This document shows, in pieces, positions 51,427 through 61,209 of a DNA stretch of 64,000 nucleotides (positions are counted from its first letter, which is position 1; each line of letters opens with the position of its first letter). The notes under the pieces were generated by a model, which made no database searches, was not told where the DNA came from, and saw nothing but the letters and a program-made list of their open reading frames with translations. The translations under genes and the position numbers were made by a program. Origin of the DNA: Thecamonas trahens ATCC 50062 (lineage: Eukaryota; Protista; Apusomonadida); NCBI RefSeq assembly GCF_000142905.1, contig NW_013657678.1, forward strand, positions 62,001 through 126,000. Direction: 5' to 3'.

Positions 51427-53312
51427 ATGACCTGGCTCGCTCTCCTCCTTCTGCTCGTGCCCTTCACACTCATCGCCCGCTACGGCTGGAGACTGATGCG
51501 CGCTCCGCGCGGGACGCTTGCTGCAGACCTCGGCGCGCTCCCGCCGTGGTCGACCACCTCGTATTCTCGGTCACCTCTATCCCGCTCTATCTCCGCTTGT
51601 GGGCGTGGCATCTCTCGCCGCCGCCCTCGGCGATGGTGCTGAGAGACATCCGCTACGCACCTTCCTCGGCATCGGCTTTGGATCTCTACATCCCCGCTGC
51701 CTCGCCCCGATGTCTCCGCGGCGTCGTCGTCTACTTGTACGGCGGCGCATGGTCGTCCGGGAGCAAGTTCTTCTACGCTCCTGCCGCCCATCATCTGGCT
51801 GATCAGGGTCTACTCGTAGTTGTGGCCGACTACGTCCTCGTCCCAAAGGGTGACTGCCTCGCCATGGTCTCAGACGTCCGCGCTGCCATCGGCGCCGCCC
51901 TCGATCCCGACTGGCTGGCGGCGGCACTGGCTGCCCGCGGCGCCCTCTCCCACCACGCCCGCGCCGTCCTCACTGCCGCTCGCTCCGTCCCGGTCACTGC
52001 TATTGGCCACTCGGCTGGCGGCCACCTGCTCGGTTTGGCCCTCATTGACCAGGCCGTCGCCGAGATGCAGGGCCTGCTCCATGCTGCCCCGTCAGCCCTC
52101 CACGCGTGGTCGCCGTCCTCCCTCGCCGCAGCCGTCACCATCGCCGCCCCGCATGACGTGGCCGACCACTACCAGTACGAGCTCGGCCGGTCGGTCGCCC
52201 ATCTCTCCGGCCTTAAGCCGGCCATGGGCGGCGACGCCAGCCTCTTCCCGCTCTTCTCCTCTTCGCGCACCATCACCTACTGGCACGCTTGGCGTGCCGC
52301 CATGCCGCGCCTCATCGGCGCTCCCGACCTCGGCGCCCTTCCGCACCTCTACGTTGTCCATCCTGTCGCCGACACCACCGTCCCCTTTTCTGCTGCCTCC
52401 AAGTTTGTCGACGCGCTCATCGGCCATGGCGCCGCTGCCACCCTCGTCCCGCTCCACCGCGGCATCACCCACTCGTCAGCAGTTCTCGCGCTCTTTGACA
52501 CGGCGCACCGCGATTACGCATTTACGATGGGTCTGCTCCTCCGCGCAGCGCTGCACCCTCCACCGCCGGTGCCCTTGGCTCCGCCATCACGCTCGCCGGC
52601 GCCCCCCTCTCACCTCTCTCCGCAAGAGCCCGACCTCACCGCCCTCACGCCTGCGTCGGGCTGGCAGGCCGACTACCCGCCGCATCTGGCGGCACGCATC
52701 GACGCCGCCTACGCTGCTCTCGTCCGCTACGAGGACGACCCGCAGTTTGTCCATGTCACCGCCCGGAGCGGAGTCACCACCTCGCGCCAGACCTCCCACG
52801 AGAACTCGAGCCTCTACGCTGTCCGCGGCGTTGCCACCTACGACGACCTCTCGCCGCTTGACTTTTACCGCCTCCTCAAGGACATTCCCGCCCGCGCAAA
52901 GTGGGACAACATGATCAAGCGCATTGCCACCGTCCACGAGTACAACCCGTACTACAAGATCATGCACATGGTGTTCCGTGGCGGAGGACCGGTCGCCGGC
53001 CGTGACATTCTCGTCCTGGCCGGCTCGCGTGTCGCCGCAGATGGTACCATCACCGTCGTCTCGTTCTCGGTCAACGAGCCGCAGCCCGCCGAGCACGCTC
53101 CAGACTCGGTCCGCGCCACCTGCTACACCTCAGGCTACATCTTCCGCCCGCTCCACCCCGGTGCGCCCGCTCCCGGCGTCCGCGTCACCTACGTCACCTG
53201 CGTCGATCTCAACGGATGGCTCCCGGCCTCGGTCACCAACTACGTCTCTCTCCAGTCGACCGCCACCATCGCCCGCATGGCCCGCTTCCTGCACGCGACG
53301 CCCGCCAACTGA
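51427..53312 (+). CDS. Alpha/beta hydrolase (prenylcysteine methylesterase-like) fused to a START domain; frame switch near 51540
   Basis: LDLYIP, VYLYGGAW.SG.K, GHSAG, D..VP, TH; then R.KWD..P..GRD..SGY..VTY...DL.GWLP. Confidence 0.8.
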
Positions 53313-53817
53313 TGGCCACGCGTCGCCGTCCCCATCTCCGAGCTCGACGACCCCGCCCGGCATGACCACACCAACATGCCGTAGAGCAGTATGGCTTCCG
53401 CTCCCACGTCCGTCGCCACAAGAGTCGTGATCTCCCATCGCTCGCGCAGCGGAGTCGTCCGCACCTGCACCATCGCCGCCGTCTTCACACTTCCGCTCAG
53501 CACAATGAGAAACTGTCAGTCGAGATGAAGAGCCCTGCCACCGCCACTACGAGCTTCTTGCCCAGCATTGTACACATTGATCGCGGCAAACCCCCTAGCA
53601 TCGCACAGTACCGGCTATACCCCTTGCTCGTCACCGCCGCCAGCCATGCCATCGCTGACCACCACCGGTTGGTCGACCAAGTCTCTCTCTCCCTCTCTCT
53701 CTCCCCCCCCCCCCCTCTCCCCTCCCCTCCCCCTCCCCCCCCCCCCTCCTCCTCAAACACCACATACTCGTCCACCTCACACTCCTCCTCCTCCTCCTTC
53801 CCCCCCCGTCAGACCCA

Positions 53818-56088
53818 ATGTCCGAGTCTGGGACAAGCGAACGTGGGCGTGGCAGCAGCACCAGCGGTGGCGGTGGTGGTGGCTGCTCGCGGGTGGTCCT
53901 CTCGGCCCACCCCGACAAGGAGGCCAAGCGGGTGCGATTCACGGTGACGTCGGACAAGCCTGCGTACTTTGGTCGGGTGGCAGAGACGATGACCACGCGG
54001 ATTGCCAGGTCGGGCTATCCGGGTGATGTCTGCGTCCTCAAGACCGAGCGGGTCTCGGGCGCTCATCTCAAGGTCTGGTTTGAGGCGGGCGCCTTCTACG
54101 TCAAGGACCTGAAGTCGGCCAACGGGACGTTGCTGCTGACTCCGTCGCCGCATGGCGTGCTGGAGACCTTTCTGGGCAACCGCCATGAGCGGGCGCCGCC
54201 GGTCAAGCTGGAGCCACTCTCGGTACTTGTTCTTGCCGGCGATCTGCGGCTGGTGGTCGAGTCAATCGCGCTTGCTCCCGGGCACGACGTCGATCTAGGG
54301 CACTCGTTGACGACGGCCGCCGAGTTTGACGGGACTGTCACCGCCGGCGAGTCGGCAACCGATCTGGCCTTGCACGTGGTGGCCGGGCCGGGCGCTGGAT
54401 CGACCTTTCTCATGTCGCCCGGCCACACATACCTCATCGGGCGCGAGTCGAGCAAGCCTGTCACTGTCCGCCGCGCCGGTGTGGTTCGGTTTTCCATCGG
54501 GGTGCCCAAGGCGCCGCTCTCGGCTCGCCATGCCCTCAAGCGCTCACACGCCGAGCTCTCGTTCCTCTCGCCCATCGAGCGACGGCACTCGAGTCCCGAG
54601 GCGCGGTATAAGGTCACGGCGCGCGGTAGCGTCGGCTACCTTGTCCGTGACTGTAAGGACGAGCTCGACCTCAATGCTGTGGCATGGGAGGAGCTTGCTC
54701 CCGGCGGCTCACTGCTCTTTGCCTTTGACGACCTTGTCAAGATTGGCAACGTAGTCTTTCTGGTCACGTCGAACCACGCGGTGCCACGCAAGATCGCCCC
54801 GCCACAGCTCATGGGCTGCTCGCCGGTCGACCTCCTCCTCTCGTGGGGCGTGCAGGGGACAGCGGCGTCGGTGACGTCGTTCATGATCCAAGCAACGTCC
54901 AAGAACCCGGCCAAGGCGGCGGCGCGTGACTGGAAGCTGTTTTCCTCCGTCAAGCCGCAGCTCCTCATCTCGGAACTCTCGCCGTCAACCGAGTACTGGG
55001 TTCAAGTCCGGGCGCGCAACGCTGCAGGTCTCGGCCCGTGGTCGCGGCCGGCCGTCTTCCGCACCTCGGCCTCGTGGTCCGACGACGAGTGCGACGACGA
55101 CGAGTCGTACGACTACGAGTACGTCGGCGATGCCGGCGGCGCGGGTGGCGGCGAGGGTGGCGACGGCGAGTCGGGCCTGGAACTGGTGGCCAATTCCTCG
55201 GCGTCGGATGTGACAGCTGTGCTGGGCTTGTTCAGCCATCGCGAGGGTAACGAGCTGCGGTTTGTCAAGGCCAAACTGTTGGGCCAGGGCGGGCAGGCCG
55301 TGGTGTACCTCGGCATCGACCTCGACGACGGTGGCATGTACGCGGTCAAGGAAGTCTCGTTTGCAGCGAGCGACGAGAAAGAGGTGGCCAATGCTAGCAT
55401 GCTTGTCGAGACCGTGAGCATGCTGCAGGAGCTCGAGCACGAGCACATTGTGCGGTATAAGGGGGTGGCACAGAGCGAGGGCATGCTCCGCATCTTTCAA
55501 GAGTACTGTGCCTCAGGATCGGTCCGTGGCATGCTCGACGACCTTGACGAAGGTGTTGACGGCCTGCCCGAGGTTATTGTGGCGCGGTACACGGCGCAGA
55601 TTCTGCGCGGGCTCGCGTACCTGCACGCCAACTCGATTCTCCACCGCGATATCAAGGCTGCCAACGTGCTTGTCCATGTTGCCGGCGACGTGACGGTGCT
55701 CAAGATATCCGACTTTGGCCTCGCGTGGCAGGCCAAGACCGGGACTGGGACTCGCGGCACTGTCGGCACGCCGTACTTTATGGCTCCCGAGGTGGTCCGC
55801 AACACAACGCCGGCGCCAGCCGGCGACATCTGGGCGCTCGGCTGCACAGTGTACGAGATGCTTGTCGGCGCGCCCCCACTGCTGGCCATGGGCGACGTGC
55901 GGGCGTTCTTCTACATCGGCTCGGTTCTCGCCCGCCAAGACTACGGCCACCAGCTGCCCCAGAGCGTCGCCGTCTCGCCGCAGTGCGCCGACTTTTTGCG
56001 CCAATGCTTTGCGGTGGATCCAGCCTCGCGCACAACCGCCGAGGCGCTGCTGAGCCACGAGTGGCTTGCCATGTTTGCGCAGAGGTGA
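53818..56088 (+). CDS. FHA-FHA-FN3-Ser/Thr kinase (STE11/MAP3K-like catalytic domain)
   Basis: GR..VSGAH..VKDLKSANGT; LSPSTEYWVQVRARNAAGLGPWS; GQGGQAVV, AVKEV, HRDIKAAN, DFG, GTPYFMAPE. Confidence 0.9.
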   Translation: MSESGTSERGRGSSTSGGGGGGCSRVVLSAHPDKEAKRVRFTVTSDKPAYFGRVAETMTTRIARSGYPGDVCVLKTERVSGAHLKVWFEAGAFYVKDLKSANGTLLLTPSPHGVLETFLGNRHERAPPVKLEPLSVLVLAGDLRLVVESIALAPGHDVDLGHSLTTAAEFDGTVTAGESATDLALHVVAGPGAGSTFLMSPGHTYLIGRESSKPVTVRRAGVVRFSIGVPKAPLSARHALKRSHAELSFLSPIERRHSSPEARYKVTARGSVGYLVRDCKDELDLNAVAWEELAPGGSLLFAFDDLVKIGNVVFLVTSNHAVPRKIAPPQLMGCSPVDLLLSWGVQGTAASVTSFMIQATSKNPAKAAARDWKLFSSVKPQLLISELSPSTEYWVQVRARNAAGLGPWSRPAVFRTSASWSDDECDDDESYDYEYVGDAGGAGGGEGGDGESGLELVANSSASDVTAVLGLFSHREGNELRFVKAKLLGQGGQAVVYLGIDLDDGGMYAVKEVSFAASDEKEVANASMLVETVSMLQELEHEHIVRYKGVAQSEGMLRIFQEYCASGSVRGMLDDLDEGVDGLPEVIVARYTAQILRGLAYLHANSILHRDIKAANVLVHVAGDVTVLKISDFGLAWQAKTGTGTRGTVGTPYFMAPEVVRNTTPAPAGDIWALGCTVYEMLVGAPPLLAMGDVRAFFYIGSVLARQDYGHQLPQSVAVSPQCADFLRQCFAVDPASRTTAEALLSHEWLAMFAQR

Positions 56089-56099
56089 ATGTACTTGTG

Positions 56100-58562
56100 T
56101 TATTGGCCGTCGGCCGTTGCCGGCGCCTCGGATTCGTTGTCGTTGTCGAGCGGGGTGATGCTGGCGGGCTCGGGCGCGGCGACGCCGAGGACTGCCGGCG
56201 CCGCAGCGGCCCAAAACGGCCAAAGCGCGGCCGGCTCAAAGGCGAGCCACTGCGGGAGCGCGTCGTCTGCAAATCCGGCGTGCTCGTCGGTAAACGGAAA
56301 GAGGCCGTGGAAGTACGCCGTGTTGAGCGAGTCGTGCCACTTGAACCGGTTGACCATCTCCACAAAGTGGGCCCGGCCCATGTCTGCGGCGAGGTCGAGA
56401 ATGGCGATGCGGGCGCGGAGTAGTGCGGCGGTCTCGACCAGGTCGGCAATGCCTGCGTTTGCGGCGGCGGCCGACACGGCGGTGCATGCCTCGGTGCACG
56501 CGTCGGAATCGGCGTTGCGCGCTGCGCCGCAGAGCGCACAATACGTGACGCCGTCGCCGCACGAGCCCGAACAGGCGATGACCGCTGCCGTTGGCGCGAG
56601 GGCACCGGGCTGAGCATGTGGCGCGACGGCGCACTGCGGGCAAGCGCGGAACGAGGCAGCGGCAATGATGTCCTGTAGCTGGCCAAAGCGGGCGACGTAG
56701 GGGAAGCGGTCATGGCAGGCGGCGTGGATCTCCGAGTCGACCGACGACTGCGGGAAGATGTTGTTGCAGACGGCGCAGAGGCGGACGCCGCAGTGCGAGC
56801 AGGCGTAGGCCGGCGAGTCCGAGGCAAGAACCGGGGTGAGGTCGTTGTCGCGGGAGCAGACGCGACAGGTCTGAATGGCCGGCTTCTCGTCAGCCGACGC
56901 CTTTCGAACGGTTTCGTTGACGACAACAGCAATGAGCTCGAGCTGCCGCGAGGCCGGGAGCCGGTCCGAGACGACGTGCAACGGGATGCGGCGGGCGCAG
57001 AGGGTGTTGATGCACCGCGGGAAGCCATCGCTGTCCGGATTCGACACGCCGTCGAACACAGTCTGTCCGAGACAACGGTCGCAGATGACCGCGAGGCACG
57101 AGCAGGTAAAGAGAACCTTGGACACGCTCTGCTCCGGCGGGCAGAGGCAGACGGCGCAGATGCGCGAGTCGACCCGCGGCGTCATCGGGACCGGCGACGC
57201 CAGCGGAAGCTCGATGGCCCCGGCATCGGCCGCTGCCGCTGCAGACTTGAGTACCGTCCGCACATCGAGCTGTGTCACCACGTCCTTGGGCGCTTGGCCC
57301 TGGTTGTTAGTCGCAGTGAGCTCGGTGGTAAAGGTCTCAAACGCGAGGACAAGCCGGACGAGGTCGGCGTTGTCGGACCGCGCCGCCATGTGCAGGACCG
57401 TCTCGCCGTTGACCGTCTTGCGGTAGGCGTCGCCGTCGTCGCCGGTAAAGGCGGCGTGGACCCGTGCATGTGAGAGCAGAATGCGCACCGTCTCAAAGTG
57501 GTCGTAGAACGCAGCGACATGGAGCGGCGAGTTGCCGAGCTTGTCCTTGATGGTCGGGTCGGCGCCGCGGAAGAGCAGGTACGCTACAATGGTGCCGAGG
57601 CCGGCCTTTGCGGCGGCAAACAGCGGCGTCTCGCCGGCATCGTTGAGTGCGCCCGGCCCGTTGAGGCCGGCGAGGCCGTAGGCGTCGACAGCGGCGCGGA
57701 TGCCGGGAAACGAGTTGTCGGCGAGCGCGGCGTGGACCGACGCCGGCACGGGGGCGGGCGCTGTCCACAAGGCCGCCTGGCTAAAGATGTGACGGAGGGC
57801 CTCGGATTGCGCGATCTCGAGCGGCGTCTGCCCCGCCGCGTTGGTTGCGGTGGCGTCCCAAGTGCCAAAGGCAAGGACCATGTTGAGGAGGCGGGCGTTG
57901 CCAGCGCGGACGCAAGCGTGGACGACAGTCTCGCCAAAGACGTCTGTGGCGGCACGGGAGGCGTCGGCATCGGCAAATGGCTCGTGCGTTGTCGGGTGCG
58001 AGAGGAGGATGCGGGCGGTCTGAAAGTGGTTGTTGCGGATGGCCCACGAGAGCGGATGGCCCACAAACGCCTCCTTGATCGAGTCGGCAAAGTGCGCATT
58101 GTGCGCCGCCCACCCGCCAGGCGTCACTCCAAACGAAGCCTCCACCGTCGGATCGGCTCCCTTGGCCAGCAAGTACGACAGAATGGTGGCATCACCGCGC
58201 TTGGCAGCAACCACCAGAGGCGTCCTCTGGAAGGCGTCCCGAGCTTCGAGCGGAATAGCATTGTCATGAGCCAGAACCTTGCGCACAGCCGTCAGATCTT
58301 GTTTTGCCACAGCCGAATGAAGCGACGGCGAGCTTGTTTCTCCTGCCTGTGGGATTTCCACCGAGATGCCATGGCGCTATGTGTGCGGGAGGGGTGGGGG
58401 AGGGTGGGGGGGGTGAGTGGTTGGAAAAAGAACGAAAGGGGAAAGGGGGAGGGGGAGTTGGCCTGTAGAAGGAGTGGGGACAGCGGGGGGGATGGGGGAG
58501 TGGGGGGGGGGGAGGTGGGGAGGGAAGGGTGGGTGGGTGGATGTGGGGTGTACCTTGGACAT
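56100..58562 (-). CDS. Ankyrin-repeat plus RING-IBR-RING(-like) protein; probable exons 58562-58554 and 58376-56100
   Basis: Two blocks of TPL/SPLH ankyrin repeats; three Cys clusters; ATGTCCAAG|GTACAC...CACATAG|CGC restores the frame. Confidence 0.8.
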
Positions 58563-58807
58563 GGTGGATGGGTGTGTGGTGTGGCGGGCGGGCTGTGCGG
58601 ACTGGGCGTGAGGTGGTGGCTGTGGTCGGAGACGTGGGGAGAAGGAGGGTGGTGTTGTGTGGCCTGTGTCAACCACCACCGTTCGAAGCCTCGAATTCGT
58701 TCTCGACAAATTCTCCCAGCACAGCAAAGGAGGGCGCCTGATGTACAAGGTGGGCGAGGGGGAAGGGTATGCCGCAAGAGCAGAGCTGCCGCTGTTGGTC
58801 GGCACAT

Positions 58808-60562
58808 TCAATTGGCGGCGGCGGCGTCATCCTCGTCGTCATAGTAGTAGACATATTCGGAGGAGGAGCCGGTGGATGAGGCTGGCAGCGGCGGGAGGTG
58901 CTGTGGAACGTCGGTGTGGCGGACAGGATCGAAGAAAGGGTGGGCGAGAGCCTGACGTGCGGTGAGGCGGTGCTCGTGGTCCCAGCGCAGGAGCTTATCC
59001 ACGAGGTCCATGCCGAGCGTGGTGCACTTTTCCTGGTGCTTTGGGTTGCGGTAGTGAAGCCACGAGCGGCGCTTGCGCTTCTTGATGCCAGTGCGGAACT
59101 TGGAGCGGATGGCGATGCGATACTTTTGCAGGTAGTTGTGCAGGCCCTGCGTGCCGAGACACTTGGAGATTTCGATGAGCTGGGAGAGTGAGTCCTCGCG
59201 GCCCTTGAACATGGGCATGCGCGCAAAGACGAGGGTGGCGACGACGCAGCCGTACGACCACATGTCAACGGCGTAGTCGTAGTACGGGTAGCGGAAGAAG
59301 AGCTCGGGCGCCTTGTAGTACCGAGTGCCGGGCCACTTCTCGATGGGCTTGCCCGGCCAGTAGAACTCGCCAAAGCCCCAGTCGATGAGACGCAGTTGCC
59401 GCGTCACCGGGTTGTACAGCACATTGCGGGGCTTGACGTCGCGATGGATGATGCCCTGCGAGTGGGTGTAGTCGAGCGCCAGCAAGAGCTGGTACAGGTA
59501 CAGTCGCGCCTCGAGGTCGTTGAACCGGTAAAAGGTGATGCGGAAGTTGGGGTTCTCGATAAACTCGAAAATAAAGTACTTGTAGCCCTTGACCGGGTCC
59601 TGCACCGTGTCCAGCCACTGCACAATCCGGTCGCAGCCCGAGACAAGCCGGAGCATGAGCAGCTCGCGCTTGAGCTTGGCCTTTGTCTCCTTCTCAGTCT
59701 TGATTTGCTTGGCCACAACCTTGACTCCGTCGCTCTTGCGCTTGGCCACAAACACCTCCGAGTACGCGCCCTCGCCGATCTTCTCCCGCAGCTTATACTG
59801 CGAAAAGTCCGAGTACTTGATGGTAAAGCCATCGACGTCAAACCGTTCCGGCGGGAACGTCTCGTTGACGTGTGCGTAGTCGAGCGGGTAGCCGCGCGGC
59901 ACGTCCGCCTCACGCTTCCTTGCGTCCGACGCGGCGCCCATTGCTGCCGCTGCCGACGACGCCGCCACTGCCGCCTTGGACTCGAGGGCCGCCACTGCTG
60001 CCCGCGAGTGTGTTCCGGGATCGTCCGTTCCAGGCTGCCCAGCAGGCGTACCCGACGAGGTCTGCGGCGGTGCCGCCATCATCCGCACCGCCTCGTCACC
60101 GCGCCGGGCCCTTGCCACGGCCGTGACCTTTGACTTGGACTTGGACTTGCCGCTCCTGGCCTTGCCCGACCGCTGGCTCGACGCCCGTGCCTTGCTCTTG
60201 CTCTTGCTCTTGGCCTTGTTCTTGTCCTTGCTCTTAGCCTTGGACTTGGACTTGGACTTCTTGGCCTTGCCCGAGCTTGCCCGCTTCGAGGCCGACGCCG
60301 CCACGCTCCGGCCCGACGACCGCTTCCGGCCCGGCACAGCCGGCGCAGCACTGTTCCGACCAACGGCTCGCCCGTTGTGTGTCGTCCTCTCACTGGCGAT
60401 GCCGGCGGGTGCCACGGCTGGAGCCGAGCTTGCGGGAAGGGCAGGACGACCAGCGCCGCTCCCACCTTCACGCTTCCGCTTCAGCTTGCGCGGTGTGCCC
60501 GAGACCGAAGTGGTGGCATCAGCCGACTCGACCAGCAGCACCTCGGGTGTTGTTGCGCTCAT
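58808..60562 (-). CDS. Divergent casein kinase II alpha-like kinase with a Lys-rich N-terminal extension
   Basis: YAHVN, YSEVF, IIHRDVKP.NV, LRLIDWG, YDYAVDMWS.GC, QL.EI.K.LGT, DKLLR.DH..RLTA..A.AHPFFD. Confidence 0.88.
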   Translation of the reverse strand: MSATTPEVLLVESADATTSVSGTPRKLKRKREGGSGAGRPALPASSAPAVAPAGIASERTTHNGRAVGRNSAAPAVPGRKRSSGRSVAASASKRASSGKAKKSKSKSKAKSKDKNKAKSKSKSKARASSQRSGKARSGKSKSKSKVTAVARARRGDEAVRMMAAPPQTSSGTPAGQPGTDDPGTHSRAAVAALESKAAVAASSAAAAMGAASDARKREADVPRGYPLDYAHVNETFPPERFDVDGFTIKYSDFSQYKLREKIGEGAYSEVFVAKRKSDGVKVVAKQIKTEKETKAKLKRELLMLRLVSGCDRIVQWLDTVQDPVKGYKYFIFEFIENPNFRITFYRFNDLEARLYLYQLLLALDYTHSQGIIHRDVKPRNVLYNPVTRQLRLIDWGFGEFYWPGKPIEKWPGTRYYKAPELFFRYPYYDYAVDMWSYGCVVATLVFARMPMFKGREDSLSQLIEISKCLGTQGLHNYLQKYRIAIRSKFRTGIKKRKRRSWLHYRNPKHQEKCTTLGMDLVDKLLRWDHEHRLTARQALAHPFFDPVRHTDVPQHLPPLPASSTGSSSEYVYYYDDEDDAAAAN

Positions 60563-61209
60563 TGACAACAGCGTATGTGTGAGCAAGGGGGAAGGGGATG
60601 GGGGGTGGGGGGTGGCGAGGTGACTGCAAACACGACCAGTTGGTTGTGGTGGGTGGGTGTTTGGGGGGGAGGGGGGGGGGGGGGGGAAGGGGAGTCTTTT
60701 CCCTCACAGCAAGCGCGACGACTTGGAGGACAGACAGAAAGAGAGAGAAGGAGAAATTGTGTGCGTGTGTGTGCGTGTGTGTGTGTGCGTGTGTGTGTGT
60801 GTGTAAGAGGGTGGAGTGTGAGGGCTTGGTGGTGGCAGGGGAGTTCCCCAGGGTGTCCTCCGAGTGGCCTTGGCTGGAGTCCCGGGGATGACCATCGCAT
60901 GAATTACCTACCAACAGCATAGTGGTTATTGTTGGTGGTCACCACCACAGTCGCCAATGAATGGGGAATTGCCCAATTTCGGTCCACGGCGACCTTGTCG
61001 ATGCCGACATGGCGAGTGTGGGTCAGACGCGGGCATACTCCATTTTTCGGGGCTTTACTCTCTCTCTGCGTGTGAAGAGAGGCACTGGTCGACGTTGGCA
61101 ATGTGTGTCGTTGGCGAGGCCGGGCTGAATACGGGAGTCGATGTCGACAACGGGTGCTTTTCGGGCGCAGATCGGTGGCGGACCTCGTGCGCGCTAGCGC
61201 GGTAGTGCC

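Noticed and set aside
53313-53817. Short ORFs between the START fusion and the kinase
   Set aside because: No motifs or coding-like bias; probably UTR or promoter sequence.
58361-58372. Another one-base frameshift after the ATG at 58372
   Set aside because: Better explained by an in-frame spliced micro-exon at 58554-58562.
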